Below are positions 53,952 to 63,534 of a DNA stretch of 64,000 nt, piece after piece. The stretch is taken from positions 1 to 64,000 of the IMG/VR virus record IMGVR_UViG_3300044716_001642; one strand, given 5' to 3'. Each line of letters opens with the position of its first letter. Within the stretch, counting starts at the first letter, position 1. This DNA is from a virus. A program made the translations under genes and the position numbers. Below the pieces are notes generated by a model. The model worked only from the letters and a program-made list of their open reading frames with translations. It made no database searches and was not told the origin of the DNA.

Positions 53952-54369
53952 ATGTTTTTTCCAAAAATGTTCTGGCAATTTGTCCCATACTTTTCCAATC
54001 TTCGTATGTATCATCACCATCTATATAGATATCTTCAATTTTCATTATTGCGTCTATTGCTGCGTCTCGTTCGCGGATTGCTTTTTCTTTTTCAGAAACA
54101 GCTTTTTCCGCTCCAGTATTTTCTGCGATTGATCTGTATTCTTCTAGCTCTATCAACGCCTCATCCCGTTCGCGTTCTGCTTTTATTTTGGCATTCAAGT
54201 ATTCATGGCACAGTTCTTGCGTCTGACGGAGAAATTCCTGAACCCCAATACGCTGAAATTCAAAGTTACTGCATTTTTCTTCAAGTTCTTCGATGTATCC
54301 TGTTGCAGTAGGATCTCCTGACCATTTTGCTATTAAAGCATCTGTTTCTAATGTTGGTCTGTTATTCAT
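53932..54369 (-). CDS. Coiled-coil hypothetical protein
   Basis: ERERDEA/ERDAA repeats. Confidence 0.65.
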   Translation of the reverse strand: MNNRPTLETDALIAKWSGDPTATGYIEELEEKCSNFEFQRIGVQEFLRQTQELCHEYLNAKIKAERERDEALIELEEYRSIAENTGAEKAVSEKEKAIRERDAAIDAIMKIEDIYIDGDDTYEDWKSMGQIARTFLEKTYESRIN

Positions 54370-54818
54370 TATGCTTTTCCCAATACATGTGCATTTTTAT
54401 TTTGCCATTTGTTTATTCTATCTGTGCCTTCTATCTCATCCATAGCAAGCCAAGCTTCTTTTAATTCTTTGATTAAATTGGTTTTTTCTGCTTCCGCTAA
54501 ATCCCTCTCGCCACCAAGCCGGTTACTCAAGTCAACAAATCCATCAATGATTCTATCACCAAATTGTTTGGCGGTGGTGGTTTCGTCTCCAATCCCGCAA
54601 CTCAAAAAATGAGAAACTTTACTTAAAACATCCATTGCTGCGTCTCGTTGATTGCAAATTTTATTAACTTCCAGCATATTTTCTGTTGCAAGGGTGTCGT
54701 ATTTTTCTTGTAATTCGTTAAGTTCTTTTTCGACTGAAAGGAATTGTTCTAACGGAACAACAAAGGCAGATCTTTCATAATCTTGCGCTTCTTTGTATTC
54801 TGCTTGTATTTTTCTCAT
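54369..54818 (-). CDS. Coiled-coil hypothetical protein
   Basis: QRDAA/ERDLA; coupled ORF. Confidence 0.65.
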   Translation of the reverse strand: MRKIQAEYKEAQDYERSAFVVPLEQFLSVEKELNELQEKYDTLATENMLEVNKICNQRDAAMDVLSKVSHFLSCGIGDETTTAKQFGDRIIDGFVDLSNRLGGERDLAEAEKTNLIKELKEAWLAMDEIEGTDRINKWQNKNAHVLGKA

Positions 54819-55120
54819 TTTAAAACCTTTTCTTTTTGTTTCAAAATTCTACCTTTTGCTTCAGACCAAAACTTTTGTCTCTCTTCGCTATCTTTATCAG
54901 TTTTAGGAGTATCGCAAAGTTTCCAGAATGTGCTATTGATCATTTTGTCTCTTTGAGCATCAGTAACAAACTCCCCGCTTCTGTGACTGTAGCTCCAATT
55001 ATCGGCATTCTCTACTAGCTCTCTAACTCCGTCATTATTGCCAGAAATACAAAACATATTAATCTTGTGCAGGAAAGCCTCATATTGGGCCACTTTTTGT
55101 TTAAGCGTCGGATTTTTCAT
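54815..55120 (-). CDS. Hypothetical protein
   Basis: Coupled ORF. Confidence 0.65.
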   Translation of the reverse strand: MKNPTLKQKVAQYEAFLHKINMFCISGNNDGVRELVENADNWSYSHRSGEFVTDAQRDKMINSTFWKLCDTPKTDKDSEERQKFWSEAKGRILKQKEKVLK

Positions 55121-55121
55121 A

Positions 55122-55454
55122 TTATTGATTATAGAAGTCTTTTTCTACAATGTCAAGCCTATCTTTTAGCCAGGCACGCAATGCCCAATGGTAATGTGTA
55201 TAATTTGGATCCCTCTCGTAATGAAAGAAAGCGTGACCAACATCAAAATAAACATCAGCCGCGATTTTATTCTTTAATCCTTTAATATTTTTTATATTAA
55301 AATTATTTAAATTTACAGCGCCATCCATGCCAAAATCCCAAGTATAATACGCAACCTTGGCTTTTCGGTCTACATAATATACATCAACATAGATTGGTTC
55401 TTTGCAGCTTACTAAGCCAATTTCAACAAAATGTTTTTTAAGATAGAGTTTCAC
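55122..55454 (-). CDS. Hypothetical protein
   Basis: ORF in run. Confidence 0.55.
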   Translation of the reverse strand: MKLYLKKHFVEIGLVSCKEPIYVDVYYVDRKAKVAYYTWDFGMDGAVNLNNFNIKNIKGLKNKIAADVYFDVGHAFFHYERDPNYTHYHWALRAWLKDRLDIVEKDFYNQ

Positions 55455-55809
55455 GTTTTACCAGCTCTCCTTTTTCATCATACATATAATCTTCAATCAT
55501 ATTACCGAGTATTTCTAAAGAGTCAAATGCTATATTAGAAATTTCATGATACCAATCTACAACATAGCAGCAAAGATCATAACTATATATTACTTCTCCG
55601 ATTATATCAATTCCTTCTAAGCCATATGTGCCTTTTACTACGTCTCCCTCATAAACTTCTTTCATGCGTGAATCTAAAATTCCAAGAAATTGCTGAACCG
55701 AACATGAATGCTGAGAAAGCAAACGATCAGGAACAGTGATATTATTAAGATCAAAGTATTCAAACTTCTTCTGAATGTTGTCCCAAACTCTAAATTTTTT
55801 ATTGTTCAT
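55438..55809 (-). CDS. YopX family protein
   Basis: KFRVWD, QQFLGILD, VYEGDVV, EILGN. Confidence 0.8.
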   Translation of the reverse strand: MNNKKFRVWDNIQKKFEYFDLNNITVPDRLLSQHSCSVQQFLGILDSRMKEVYEGDVVKGTYGLEGIDIIGEVIYSYDLCCYVVDWYHEISNIAFDSLEILGNMIEDYMYDEKGELVKRETLS

Positions 55810-56104
55810 TTATTTTTTTGAATTTTATTAACCAACTTTTTTAGTCCTCGTTTTCCAAGTTTCAGAAAATTTGGATGATTTGCTACTTCGGTTGCTAAAT
55901 TTTTACCACCTTTAAGTTTTTTCAGTTCTTTGCTCATGTTGATAATATTAGAGAATATTTTCGGAAACGTCAATCTTTTTCTGCATAGCCTTCTCCATAT
56001 CACCATAGATACTATTTGAGATTTGATCTTCCCCTGCATCAAACAAAGCATCTATTGCTTTTTTTAGAAGTTTTGATAATTCCAACTCTAATTTTGTTAG
56101 GTTT

Positions 56105-56302
56105 TTAATGTTCATTAATCAAAGTTTTTCTTATTAAATCTATTAGATAATAATAACTCACGCTCGACACGCGACAAGTATAACGAGATTTCTTAATCTC
56201 GTAACTATCACCGTTTGCTACCGCAACTACATCGGCTTTATTATGCATATCCATCATTTCAGCTTTTTCGTATTCTTTTTGATTTTTGTATATAGTGATC
56301 AT
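56105..56302 (-). CDS. Hypothetical protein
   Basis: ATG ORF. Confidence 0.55.
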   Translation of the reverse strand: MITIYKNQKEYEKAEMMDMHNKADVVAVANGDSYEIKKSRYTCRVSSVSYYYLIDLIRKTLINEH

Positions 56303-56315
56303 GACAGTATTGGTA

Positions 56316-56636
56316 TTAGATATTATTGATTTTTTTCAGTAACTTGCTGGCTTCTTTAGTTCTTTCGATCTTAATCTTTTGTAGTTGCTTAATAAGATAG
56401 TCCGCGCCTAGAATTTCTCTATATAAGTCATTCAAGTCTAATACTTTTTCATGATGAGAAGTACTAATAAAAGACTTAGGTTCTGTGTAGTTGTCATTTG
56501 CGATGTCATGGAGAGTTGTATCAAGCAAGTCAAGAAGGTCTTCTTTCATCTCAAAAGAGATTTTGATTTTACTAGGTTGTTTATATGTTTTATTCATACT
56601 AGAAACGATATTAGACAATATTTCTGGAAACGTCAA
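56316..56636 (-). CDS. Hypothetical protein
   Basis: Coupled ORF. Confidence 0.6.
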   Translation of the reverse strand: MTFPEILSNIVSSMNKTYKQPSKIKISFEMKEDLLDLLDTTLHDIANDNYTEPKSFISTSHHEKVLDLNDLYREILGADYLIKQLQKIKIERTKEASKLLKKINNI

Positions 56637-56929
56637 TCTTTTTCTGCATCTTCTCCAAAAATTAATTTGTGTAATTTATCCAAACCTTTTTGATGAACTT
56701 CCCATTCTTTTTTAAGACCTAAACAATAGCAAATCTTTTCTGCTAAAGGATAAAGAAAGTCTTGTTCATATTTCAAGTATACATAAAGATAATGAGGCTT
56801 TCTGGTCTTAAGCAATCTCATCAACCACATGATTATATTTGCAATGAATTCAGAAAGTCTGAATAAACCACCTACTATTACGATACTAGCAATTTTTTGT
56901 TTGAGTGTCATTTGGATGCGTATTTTCAA
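56633..56929 (-). CDS. Hypothetical protein
   Basis: Coupled ORF. Confidence 0.55.
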   Translation of the reverse strand: MKIRIQMTLKQKIASIVIVGGLFRLSEFIANIIMWLMRLLKTRKPHYLYVYLKYEQDFLYPLAEKICYCLGLKKEWEVHQKGLDKLHKLIFGEDAEKD

Positions 56930-57117
56930 TTTTCATGAACAATAATTTCTTTACATGGATTATAATTCAGCCATGCTTTTGCTCTGAACAATGATTCAAA
57001 TGCCATATCAGATCCATGTAAATTCTCAAAATTGCGCCACCAAAATAAGAATTTATATTGCGGAAAATATCTTCTATTGTTTCTGCTGTCTACAACTTCA
57101 AGGATGCGCGTTTTCAT
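56926..57117 (-). CDS. Hypothetical phage protein
   Basis: RYFPQYKFLFWW motif. Confidence 0.65.
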   Translation of the reverse strand: MKTRILEVVDSRNNRRYFPQYKFLFWWRNFENLHGSDMAFESLFRAKAWLNYNPCKEIIVHEN

Positions 57118-57150
57118 ATTAGGGACTTGTTGTTTTGTAGATTTGTATGT

Positions 57151-57507
57151 CTAAACAGCGTTCGCGTAACGGCAAAACCATTCCTGCCGCACAAAAACTG
57201 GTTTTCCGGCGCGAGTGATTTCTTCAAATCCAGAAACCATGAATCCATCGGCGTGCATCCAGTCGATCTGCGCTCGCTCCATTCTGCGGATGGCGCGTCT
57301 TCCATCTGCGTCCATCAGTAGTGCCATCCCGTTGTGTTGCACCGATACAGTGCATTGCCCTAGTTCTTTTAATGTTGGCTGTTGTTCGATACACCAAAAA
57401 GCGCGAACAGGCGCATCAACCGCAACGCCAGCCCGTTCAGAGTTTGAGTTTTTCTTTGATTTCATAGGTTTATTTGCAGCAGCGATGTTTTTTTCTTCGT
57501 TTGTCAT
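57151..57507 (-). CDS. GC-rich hypothetical protein
   Basis: 118-aa ORF with foreign-looking composition. Confidence 0.55.
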   Translation of the reverse strand: MTNEEKNIAAANKPMKSKKNSNSERAGVAVDAPVRAFWCIEQQPTLKELGQCTVSVQHNGMALLMDADGRRAIRRMERAQIDWMHADGFMVSGFEEITRAGKPVFVRQEWFCRYANAV

Positions 57508-57539
57508 GATTTAGATATTAGAGATTGTTTAAGGAAAGG

Positions 57540-57953
57540 TCAAGAATCTTTTTTAATAAATTGACAATCGCTCAACCAACAATCACAAACCAAACATTCT
57601 CCATTATGATCTGGATTGCAAGGTAATTGAAAAATATTTCCAACTACTTCAAAGTATTTCATATAATCCATCAAATCTTCAAATGTTTCAAAAGCATTTC
57701 CAGTCCTAACTCCAAATGATGCTCTGTCTTCAAGCCATATTACTTCCCCAAAGAAGTCTACATTTCCAGTATAACCAAATCTTACTCTGTCACCTTCATA
57801 GATTGGTTTTTTGTTCTTGTCGTAGAGTTCGGTGAATTGCTGAACGATGTACTTCTCATCTTCAAACAAATCAGTATATGAACATTCTTTGACATCAATC
57901 CAATTTAATTTTGTATCGTCCCATGCTCTGAATTTTAGTGTTCTATTTCTCAT
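57540..57953 (-). CDS. YopX family protein with Cys-rich C-terminal tail
   Basis: KFRAWD, QQFTELYD, IYEGD, EVVGNIF; CNPDHNGECLVCDC. Confidence 0.8.
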   Translation of the reverse strand: MRNRTLKFRAWDDTKLNWIDVKECSYTDLFEDEKYIVQQFTELYDKNKKPIYEGDRVRFGYTGNVDFFGEVIWLEDRASFGVRTGNAFETFEDLMDYMKYFEVVGNIFQLPCNPDHNGECLVCDCWLSDCQFIKKDS

Positions 57954-58404
57954 TGTTTAAAAGTTCTTTAGATTCGAAGATATTACCAATTACTTCATAA
58001 CTATAAGAAAGATATCGAAAATCATCCATATCATCATAACCTTTATAAGAAATTAAAAAGGTAGCTTTGGTTTCCAGCCAAATTATCTGTCCTGTCTCTA
58101 ACCCTCCATCAATTGTTTTATATTCTATTTTCCCATCCTTAACATAAGGACGAGTAAAACTTCTTTGGACATTAACTATATCTCCTTCATAGATTGGTTT
58201 TCCATTTTTGTCTTTTAATCCTGTGAATTGTTGAAAAATTATACTATCAAATGATTGCGATTCCCAGTAATTAAACCAAACTGCTTTGTCATATCCAATA
58301 GTTTCAAAAACAAAATCTATGGTTCTTAATTCTATAAATCTCTTTTCAACTTTATGCCAGACCCTATAATTTGGAATTCTATTCATTATCAAATATATTT
58401 CCAA
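57943..58404 (-). CDS. YopX family protein
   Basis: YRVWHK, QQFTGLKDKNGKPIYEGDIV, EVIGNIFE. Confidence 0.85.
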   Translation of the reverse strand: MEIYLIMNRIPNYRVWHKVEKRFIELRTIDFVFETIGYDKAVWFNYWESQSFDSIIFQQFTGLKDKNGKPIYEGDIVNVQRSFTRPYVKDGKIEYKTIDGGLETGQIIWLETKATFLISYKGYDDMDDFRYLSYSYEVIGNIFESKELLNNEK

Positions 58405-58747
58405 TTACTTCAATATCATCTCCGCTCCATATACCTGTATATTCTTTTTCATTAATTTTTGAATGAAAGGCGGCGTCTATAAAAACTACTTCAGCTTCAT
58501 AATTGTCGTTAATAAATTCTTTGGAATATGATCTAATGATATCGCCTTCATAAATTTCTTTTTTGTTCTTATCATATTCTCCAGTCCATTGCTGAAAGAC
58601 GATCTCATCAAATTTAGCAACATCATAATAATGAGCTTCTCCTTGACAATCATAACCAATACTTTCTTGTTCAAAGTCTATGTTTCGCAAATCAACAAAA
58701 CGTTTTTCAATTTTGTGCCAGACTCTATAATTTGGTATTTTATTCAT
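58379..58747 (-). CDS. YopX family protein
   Basis: YRVWHK, QQWTGEYDKN, IYEGDI, EVIGNIF. Confidence 0.85.
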   Translation of the reverse strand: MNKIPNYRVWHKIEKRFVDLRNIDFEQESIGYDCQGEAHYYDVAKFDEIVFQQWTGEYDKNKKEIYEGDIIRSYSKEFINDNYEAEVVFIDAAFHSKINEKEYTGIWSGDDIEVIGNIFDNE

Positions 58748-59121
58748 TTATTTAAAAGTTCTCTAGATTCAAAAATATTTCCAACTACTTCAAAGTTTGG
58801 CAAATTGACTATTAGAGGTGTACTATATAATCTTGTATCTATCATCTCCCAACCATTATTACCCCACCCTACGGTTTGAGTATAAACAGTGCCATCTAGC
58901 TCATATCTTACTATGTCGCCTTCATAAATATCATTACTTTCATAGTCTTTTAGTCCAGTCCATTGCTGAACAACATATTCATCACCACCAGAACCATTCT
59001 GAAGGTTTTGAAATTGTCCATTCAAAGTAAGAACATAATGTCCTTGATATCCTTTATCTGGATAGGTGAATTGTTTTGCTAGTTTATCCCAAGCGCGAAA
59101 TTTAAGGGTTCTATTTTGCAT
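58744..59121 (-). CDS. YopX family protein
   Basis: KFRAWD, QQWTGLKD, IYEGDIV, EVVGNIFE. Confidence 0.85.
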   Translation of the reverse strand: MQNRTLKFRAWDKLAKQFTYPDKGYQGHYVLTLNGQFQNLQNGSGGDEYVVQQWTGLKDYESNDIYEGDIVRYELDGTVYTQTVGWGNNGWEMIDTRLYSTPLIVNLPNFEVVGNIFESRELLNK

Positions 59122-59599
59122 AATAATCTAAAGCTTCTTGATATTGCTTTTCATTATATGATCCATCTTCATTGCTGTCAACATAAAAAGTTTTAGGTAT
59201 AAGAGGAAATTTGACATTCATTTTGGATTTTCCATTTGTGTAGCAATCTCCATCTGAATCTCTCCAAACTACAGCTTCTATGTAATATGCTGACCCATCT
59301 GAATTTTTAAATACTGCCCCATTTCTTATGTTTTGATATTTTGCATCATCTCCTAAACTAGAAATATCTCCCCATTCATCGTCTTCTCCAGTGAGAGGAG
59401 TTAATGTTTCAAAATTTGCTAAAGTTTTAAACATATTTGCAACATAGGGAGCACTGAAACCAGAATGTCCTTGTTTTGAAAATACTTCAATAAGCTCCAG
59501 AATACAATCATATGCTAATTTATTATATCCTTCTTTTAAATCTTCTTCTGAATAGATAAGACCAAGTTCTTTTTTTGCGTGTGTTATTAGGTTACTCAT
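59111..59599 (-). CDS. Hypothetical phage protein
   Basis: FSKQGHSGFSAPY, LTPLTGEDDEW. Confidence 0.75.
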   Translation of the reverse strand: MSNLITHAKKELGLIYSEEDLKEGYNKLAYDCILELIEVFSKQGHSGFSAPYVANMFKTLANFETLTPLTGEDDEWGDISSLGDDAKYQNIRNGAVFKNSDGSAYYIEAVVWRDSDGDCYTNGKSKMNVKFPLIPKTFYVDSNEDGSYNEKQYQEALDYYAK

Positions 59600-59603
59600 A
59601 TTT

Positions 59604-59831
59604 TTAATTTGGTATATATTTTTTCCAATTTTTGATTAAAGTTATCGGAATTTCTCCGTTTGAATTCTCCCATTCTTTTTTGGTAACATAAATCCACGGA
59701 CTTCGGCAACCGCATGAATCACAGGATATTGCAGACGGTATTCCTTCTCTGTCTTCGCAATCAAACTGAACAGGAACAAAATTATGCTCGTCAGAAGTTC
59801 TGCAAAATGGGCAAGTTAAATTATATTTCAT
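59604..59831 (-). CDS. Lar-like (restriction alleviation) zinc-ribbon protein
   Basis: CPFC...AISCDSCG. Confidence 0.5.
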   Translation of the reverse strand: MKYNLTCPFCRTSDEHNFVPVQFDCEDREGIPSAISCDSCGCRSPWIYVTKKEWENSNGEIPITLIKNWKKYIPN

Positions 59832-59863
59832 TTTTTAAATACTATACTTTTTCCATCTTAAAG

Positions 59864-60274
59864 TCAAGCTTCAAAATCTGCTAAAGAAAACCATTGTCTC
59901 TTGTTTCTCATTTCTTCAATCTTCCAATATGGAACTCCGTGTTCGTTTTGATATTCTCCTGTCATATGATGAATCTCTACATTATAGCCATATTTTCTTG
60001 TCAAGTCAATATAAGGTTTTGCTTCTTTTTTGGTAAGAGTAGTATTAGAGACAATAACATCTTCCCCTCTCTGCATAGACTCTTCTGTGCTTTTTTGGCA
60101 CTCTGCATGACAATAACCAAGCCTTTTGGGATTAAAAAAATAGTTGTCATAAAGATCAACCATCCATTGATCTGCTTCAAAATGATTTGTAATGCCTTTT
60201 TCTTTTTTAAGTTTATTGGCGAAAGTAGTTTTTCCCGAACCACTTGGACCGCAAATGAGATAAAGAGTTTTCAT
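59864..60274 (-). CDS. AAA_33 / polynucleotide kinase-like P-loop protein
   Basis: GPSGSGKTT, HFEAD, VIVSNT, HGVP. Confidence 0.8.
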   Translation of the reverse strand: MKTLYLICGPSGSGKTTFANKLKKEKGITNHFEADQWMVDLYDNYFFNPKRLGYCHAECQKSTEESMQRGEDVIVSNTTLTKKEAKPYIDLTRKYGYNVEIHHMTGEYQNEHGVPYWKIEEMRNKRQWFSLADFEA

Positions 60275-60960
60275 TAAAATGGATTTAAAGTGTCTTTAGT
60301 ATGATGGTCAAATGTTTTATTTTCTTTTTCTTTAAAGCGCATTCTAAGTTGAGGAAAACTTATAGGTTCACTAACTTCTTCTACTCCCACGTCTCTAATC
60401 TTACAATGTATGTATAGAGTTTTTCCAATATCACTATTCCACAAATTACCATGACAATGCCCATGAATCATCCAACTTCCTTTTGCCTGACCATTCCACG
60501 AAACTAATGGGTAATGAGAAAGCACAATAGGTTGACCGCAAATCATAATCTCTAAATAATTTGGAACAAAATAAACTCTTTTATTATCAAAATTAAGATA
60601 CCTAGTTCCATTTTCTTCCGATGATTTACTCAACAATTGTTTGTAACCAGCTGAATGATTGCCAGAAAAAAGATAAAGAGTCTTAAATGTCAACCTATTG
60701 AGAACATCTGTTAATCTTTCTTCTCCTTTAGTACCAAACATTATATCACCTAAATGAAAGATTTCAGATTCTTCTCCAAGATTATCATTCCACCTTTTAA
60801 TAAGAATTTCGTCATGTTCTTCAACAGAGTTAAAACCTCTATTTTTCCATAATGGAGTTTCCCAATGTTCGCACTTATGACCCAAGTGCATATCAGACCA
60901 AAACCAAACATTAGTATGTTCGATTTTAATTGGTTCCCAAAAATAGTTAGATAGTTTCAC
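60274..60960 (-). CDS. Calcineurin-like phosphoesterase
   Basis: SDMHLGH, HLGD, GNH, LSHYP, IHGHCH. Confidence 0.85.
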   Translation of the reverse strand: MKLSNYFWEPIKIEHTNVWFWSDMHLGHKCEHWETPLWKNRGFNSVEEHDEILIKRWNDNLGEESEIFHLGDIMFGTKGEERLTDVLNRLTFKTLYLFSGNHSAGYKQLLSKSSEENGTRYLNFDNKRVYFVPNYLEIMICGQPIVLSHYPLVSWNGQAKGSWMIHGHCHGNLWNSDIGKTLYIHCKIRDVGVEEVSEPISFPQLRMRFKEKENKTFDHHTKDTLNPF

Positions 60961-61096
60961 GTTTTAATTTCCGTATCCAAAAAAGTTATAAATTCTAAAA
61001 TAACCATCACTAAAGTTATTTTGTTTATGATATGAATTATAAGAAATTTTAGGTTTCCATGAACCTCTTTCAATTTGAAAATGCCAAGCAAAAAGT

Positions 61097-61327
61097 CTAA
61101 TGTTTATTATTGTGTTGTCCATATTTTTTAAATTTAAAACCGAAAATCCATTCCATCATCTTTCTGTGAAAGATATTAGGTGTTTTGGTAAGAAAGAATA
61201 TTACATCATCATTACCAAATGGTCTACATTCGCATTCACCTTTTTTTGGTTTATTGAAAAAATTGTCCTGTATATATGTTAAATCTCCTTTAACGGATGT
61301 CAATAGATATTTTGAATTATCATCCAT
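61097..61327 (-). CDS. Hypothetical protein
   Basis: ATG ORF. Confidence 0.55.
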   Translation of the reverse strand: MDDNSKYLLTSVKGDLTYIQDNFFNKPKKGECECRPFGNDDVIFFLTKTPNIFHRKMMEWIFGFKFKKYGQHNNKH

Positions 61328-61583
61328 ATTTCTTTCTCTCTAGTCTAACTTCTTTCCTCTTCAAGTCAAGTTTTTTGATTTGTTCTTCGAGTTTCTTATT
61401 TCTGTGTTTTCCAAAATCGAAACGAAAAGCCCCAGTGGAGATTACTCGCTCTTGGAGTCTTGAAATCTGTCTATCCAGCTTTTGTAATTTTTTAAAAATG
61501 GTCGAAAGTACACGACTCGAACGTGTGCCACTCGTACGTCTACGGCTGTTCTCTCCTCCTAAACTAACTTTCGAAATTTTCAC
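61320..61583 (-). CDS. Basic hypothetical protein
   Basis: Coupled ORF. Confidence 0.5.
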   Translation of the reverse strand: MKISKVSLGGENSRRRTSGTRSSRVLSTIFKKLQKLDRQISRLQERVISTGAFRFDFGKHRNKKLEEQIKKLDLKRKEVRLERKKYG

Positions 61584-61960
61584 ACGTCTAAATCTTTTAA
61601 CTGGTTGCCGAGTTTATATTGCAACTCTATAATATTTTGTACAGATTTTTTAATCCTATGAACAATTTCAGAATCTTCGCGTTCTGTTTTTCTTTCATTT
61701 CCACAAGGCTCTAGATTAGGATGTTCATTGGGATTAGAAACCCATTCCAATCTTTCAATTAAAGTTTCTTGAAGTGCGGAAAGTTTTTCAATTGCATATT
61801 CCAATTCTGAGAGTTGTTCATAAACTGGAATTATTTTTACTTCCTCTGGATGAGGTTTTGGATAGTTGTTTTGTTTGTAGTATTTTTGATCCTCTGGATG
61901 AGGTTCTAGATAATTATTTTGTTTATCTTCGCTTCTTGCTTCGTAGTTGTATTTATTCAT
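61580..61960 (-). CDS. Hypothetical protein
   Basis: Internal duplication KQNNYLEPHPED/KQNNYPKPHPEE. Confidence 0.65.
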   Translation of the reverse strand: MNKYNYEARSEDKQNNYLEPHPEDQKYYKQNNYPKPHPEEVKIIPVYEQLSELEYAIEKLSALQETLIERLEWVSNPNEHPNLEPCGNERKTEREDSEIVHRIKKSVQNIIELQYKLGNQLKDLDV

Positions 61961-61964
61961 AATG

Positions 61965-62186
61965 TTAATTTACTTTAATTTTCTGATAACCAATTTCTTC
62001 AATTACTTCACCATCTTTAAGCAAACGGTGCTTATAGTTCTGATTATAATAACTTTTCAACATAGCCCAAGCACCTTCCGCAAATGATTTTTGCATACAA
62101 TCATAAGGATATAAAAGTGACCATCGATTATGTTCGGGCGTATCAGGATATTCCCAAAATCTTTCTATTTTGTAAAGGCTTTTCAT
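61965..62186 (-). CDS. Hypothetical protein
   Basis: Coupled ORF. Confidence 0.6.
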   Translation of the reverse strand: MKSLYKIERFWEYPDTPEHNRWSLLYPYDCMQKSFAEGAWAMLKSYYNQNYKHRLLKDGEVIEEIGYQKIKVN

Positions 62187-62428
62187 ACTTCTCCCTTTGC
62201 TTTTTTCATTTTGTGAATGTTTTTATAATCTACAGTACCGATAGTATCTGAATGCTCAAACATTTGAACAACATAAGCATAAGCATCATAAAGACCTTCC
62301 GAATATCTCCTGTAATACTCGTCTCTCATCATATCATTTTTTAGACCCTCATTTAATTTTTTATGGTGAAGAGCCATATAATAGATGTTGTTTAAGAGTT
62401 TTTTGTTAGTCATGGTACATTTTTTCAT
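62183..62428 (-). CDS. Hypothetical protein
   Basis: Coupled ORF. Confidence 0.55.
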   Translation of the reverse strand: MKKCTMTNKKLLNNIYYMALHHKKLNEGLKNDMMRDEYYRRYSEGLYDAYAYVVQMFEHSDTIGTVDYKNIHKMKKAKGEV

Positions 62429-62629
62429 TTAAAGTTTGAATTGCTTATCATTTCCAAAATGTATTGAACAAAGCATATCCACGCATCCATGAATTTCTCT
62501 CATTAAATTGGCATGAGGGTTGCTAAAAAGGCTTTCTGGGTAATCAAAACCAGTAGAAATAGAACGAACTGGTTCTAGTGTTTCAGAATCTTTTATTGTA
62601 ATTTCAATAAAGTATCTTTTATCCTTCAT
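62429..62629 (-). CDS. Hypothetical protein
   Basis: ATG ORF. Confidence 0.55.
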   Translation of the reverse strand: MKDKRYFIEITIKDSETLEPVRSISTGFDYPESLFSNPHANLMREIHGCVDMLCSIHFGNDKQFKL

Positions 62630-62676
62630 ATAACCAGTATAGATTATTTGTAGGAAAAGTCAAGCTTCTTTAAGAT

Positions 62677-63510
62677 TTAATGTTGTCCGCCTTCCCATGT
62701 GCTACCACACGGACCCCCGCTCTGATTAGCTTCAATCATGATATCTTCCCCTTCAGGAGTTATTAACGGAAGATAATGCTTGCTAATACGTTCTGTTGTT
62801 TTTGGAACATAATGGCAAATAAATGATCTGCGAAATCTGTCTTTGGATCGATTTGGTCCGGAGCCATGAATTGAAGAGCCATTAAAGAATAATGTATCTC
62901 CTGACTTCATAATACAGGGAACAGCTTTTTTTCCTTTTGGAGTTGGTACAAGATGCGTTGTAAATGACTCATTAGCATTAGCTTCTTTAGGACATATGAT
63001 CTCCTCTTCTGCTGTATCTGACACAAGGTACATTCCTCCGTTATCAGGATCAGCATCATCAATTGCTGTCCATGCTGCAACACACGTTTGCGGCTCAACT
63101 AAAAGATAGAAATTGTCTTGATGCATTGCTTGTCCCTTAGAACCAGGTGGTTTATAATAAAACATACTCTGTGCGGCAAGTACATCTTCTTGCATGAGGT
63201 CTTTCAAGCAAAAAAGAACACCCGAATGAACAAGATTCTTACGAGATACTGCGTTGAAACGGTGCGGTTGCATCACTCTTGGAAATTCTTTTAAAGGATC
63301 TCCGTTTGATTCTTCTTTGGACACAGGGTAAAAATAATCTTCAATAGTACCATTCTTTGCAATTTGATCAAAGGTATTTTTAATTTCCTCGACCTCCGCT
63401 TTGGAAAACAAGCCACGAGCAACAGCATATCCGTGTTGTTTAAATGATTCTCTCATTTCATCCAAATTAACAGATTCAGGAAGAATATAATTGTCGTTTG
63501 TTGTGCTCAT
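62677..63510 (-). CDS. Phytanoyl-CoA dioxygenase (PhyH) family 2OG-Fe(II) oxygenase
   Basis: FKQHGYAVARGLF, KPPG, HQDNFY, AAWTAIDDA, GDTLFFNGSSIHGSGPNRS..FRR. Confidence 0.9.
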   Translation of the reverse strand: MSTTNDNYILPESVNLDEMRESFKQHGYAVARGLFSKAEVEEIKNTFDQIAKNGTIEDYFYPVSKEESNGDPLKEFPRVMQPHRFNAVSRKNLVHSGVLFCLKDLMQEDVLAAQSMFYYKPPGSKGQAMHQDNFYLLVEPQTCVAAWTAIDDADPDNGGMYLVSDTAEEEIICPKEANANESFTTHLVPTPKGKKAVPCIMKSGDTLFFNGSSIHGSGPNRSKDRFRRSFICHYVPKTTERISKHYLPLITPEGEDIMIEANQSGGPCGSTWEGGQH

Positions 63511-63534
63511 ATATATGATATTTATTTTAAATAA

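Noticed and set aside
55438-59121. YopX array as a diversity-generating retroelement
   Set aside because: No reverse transcriptase and no adenine-specific TR/VR pair visible.
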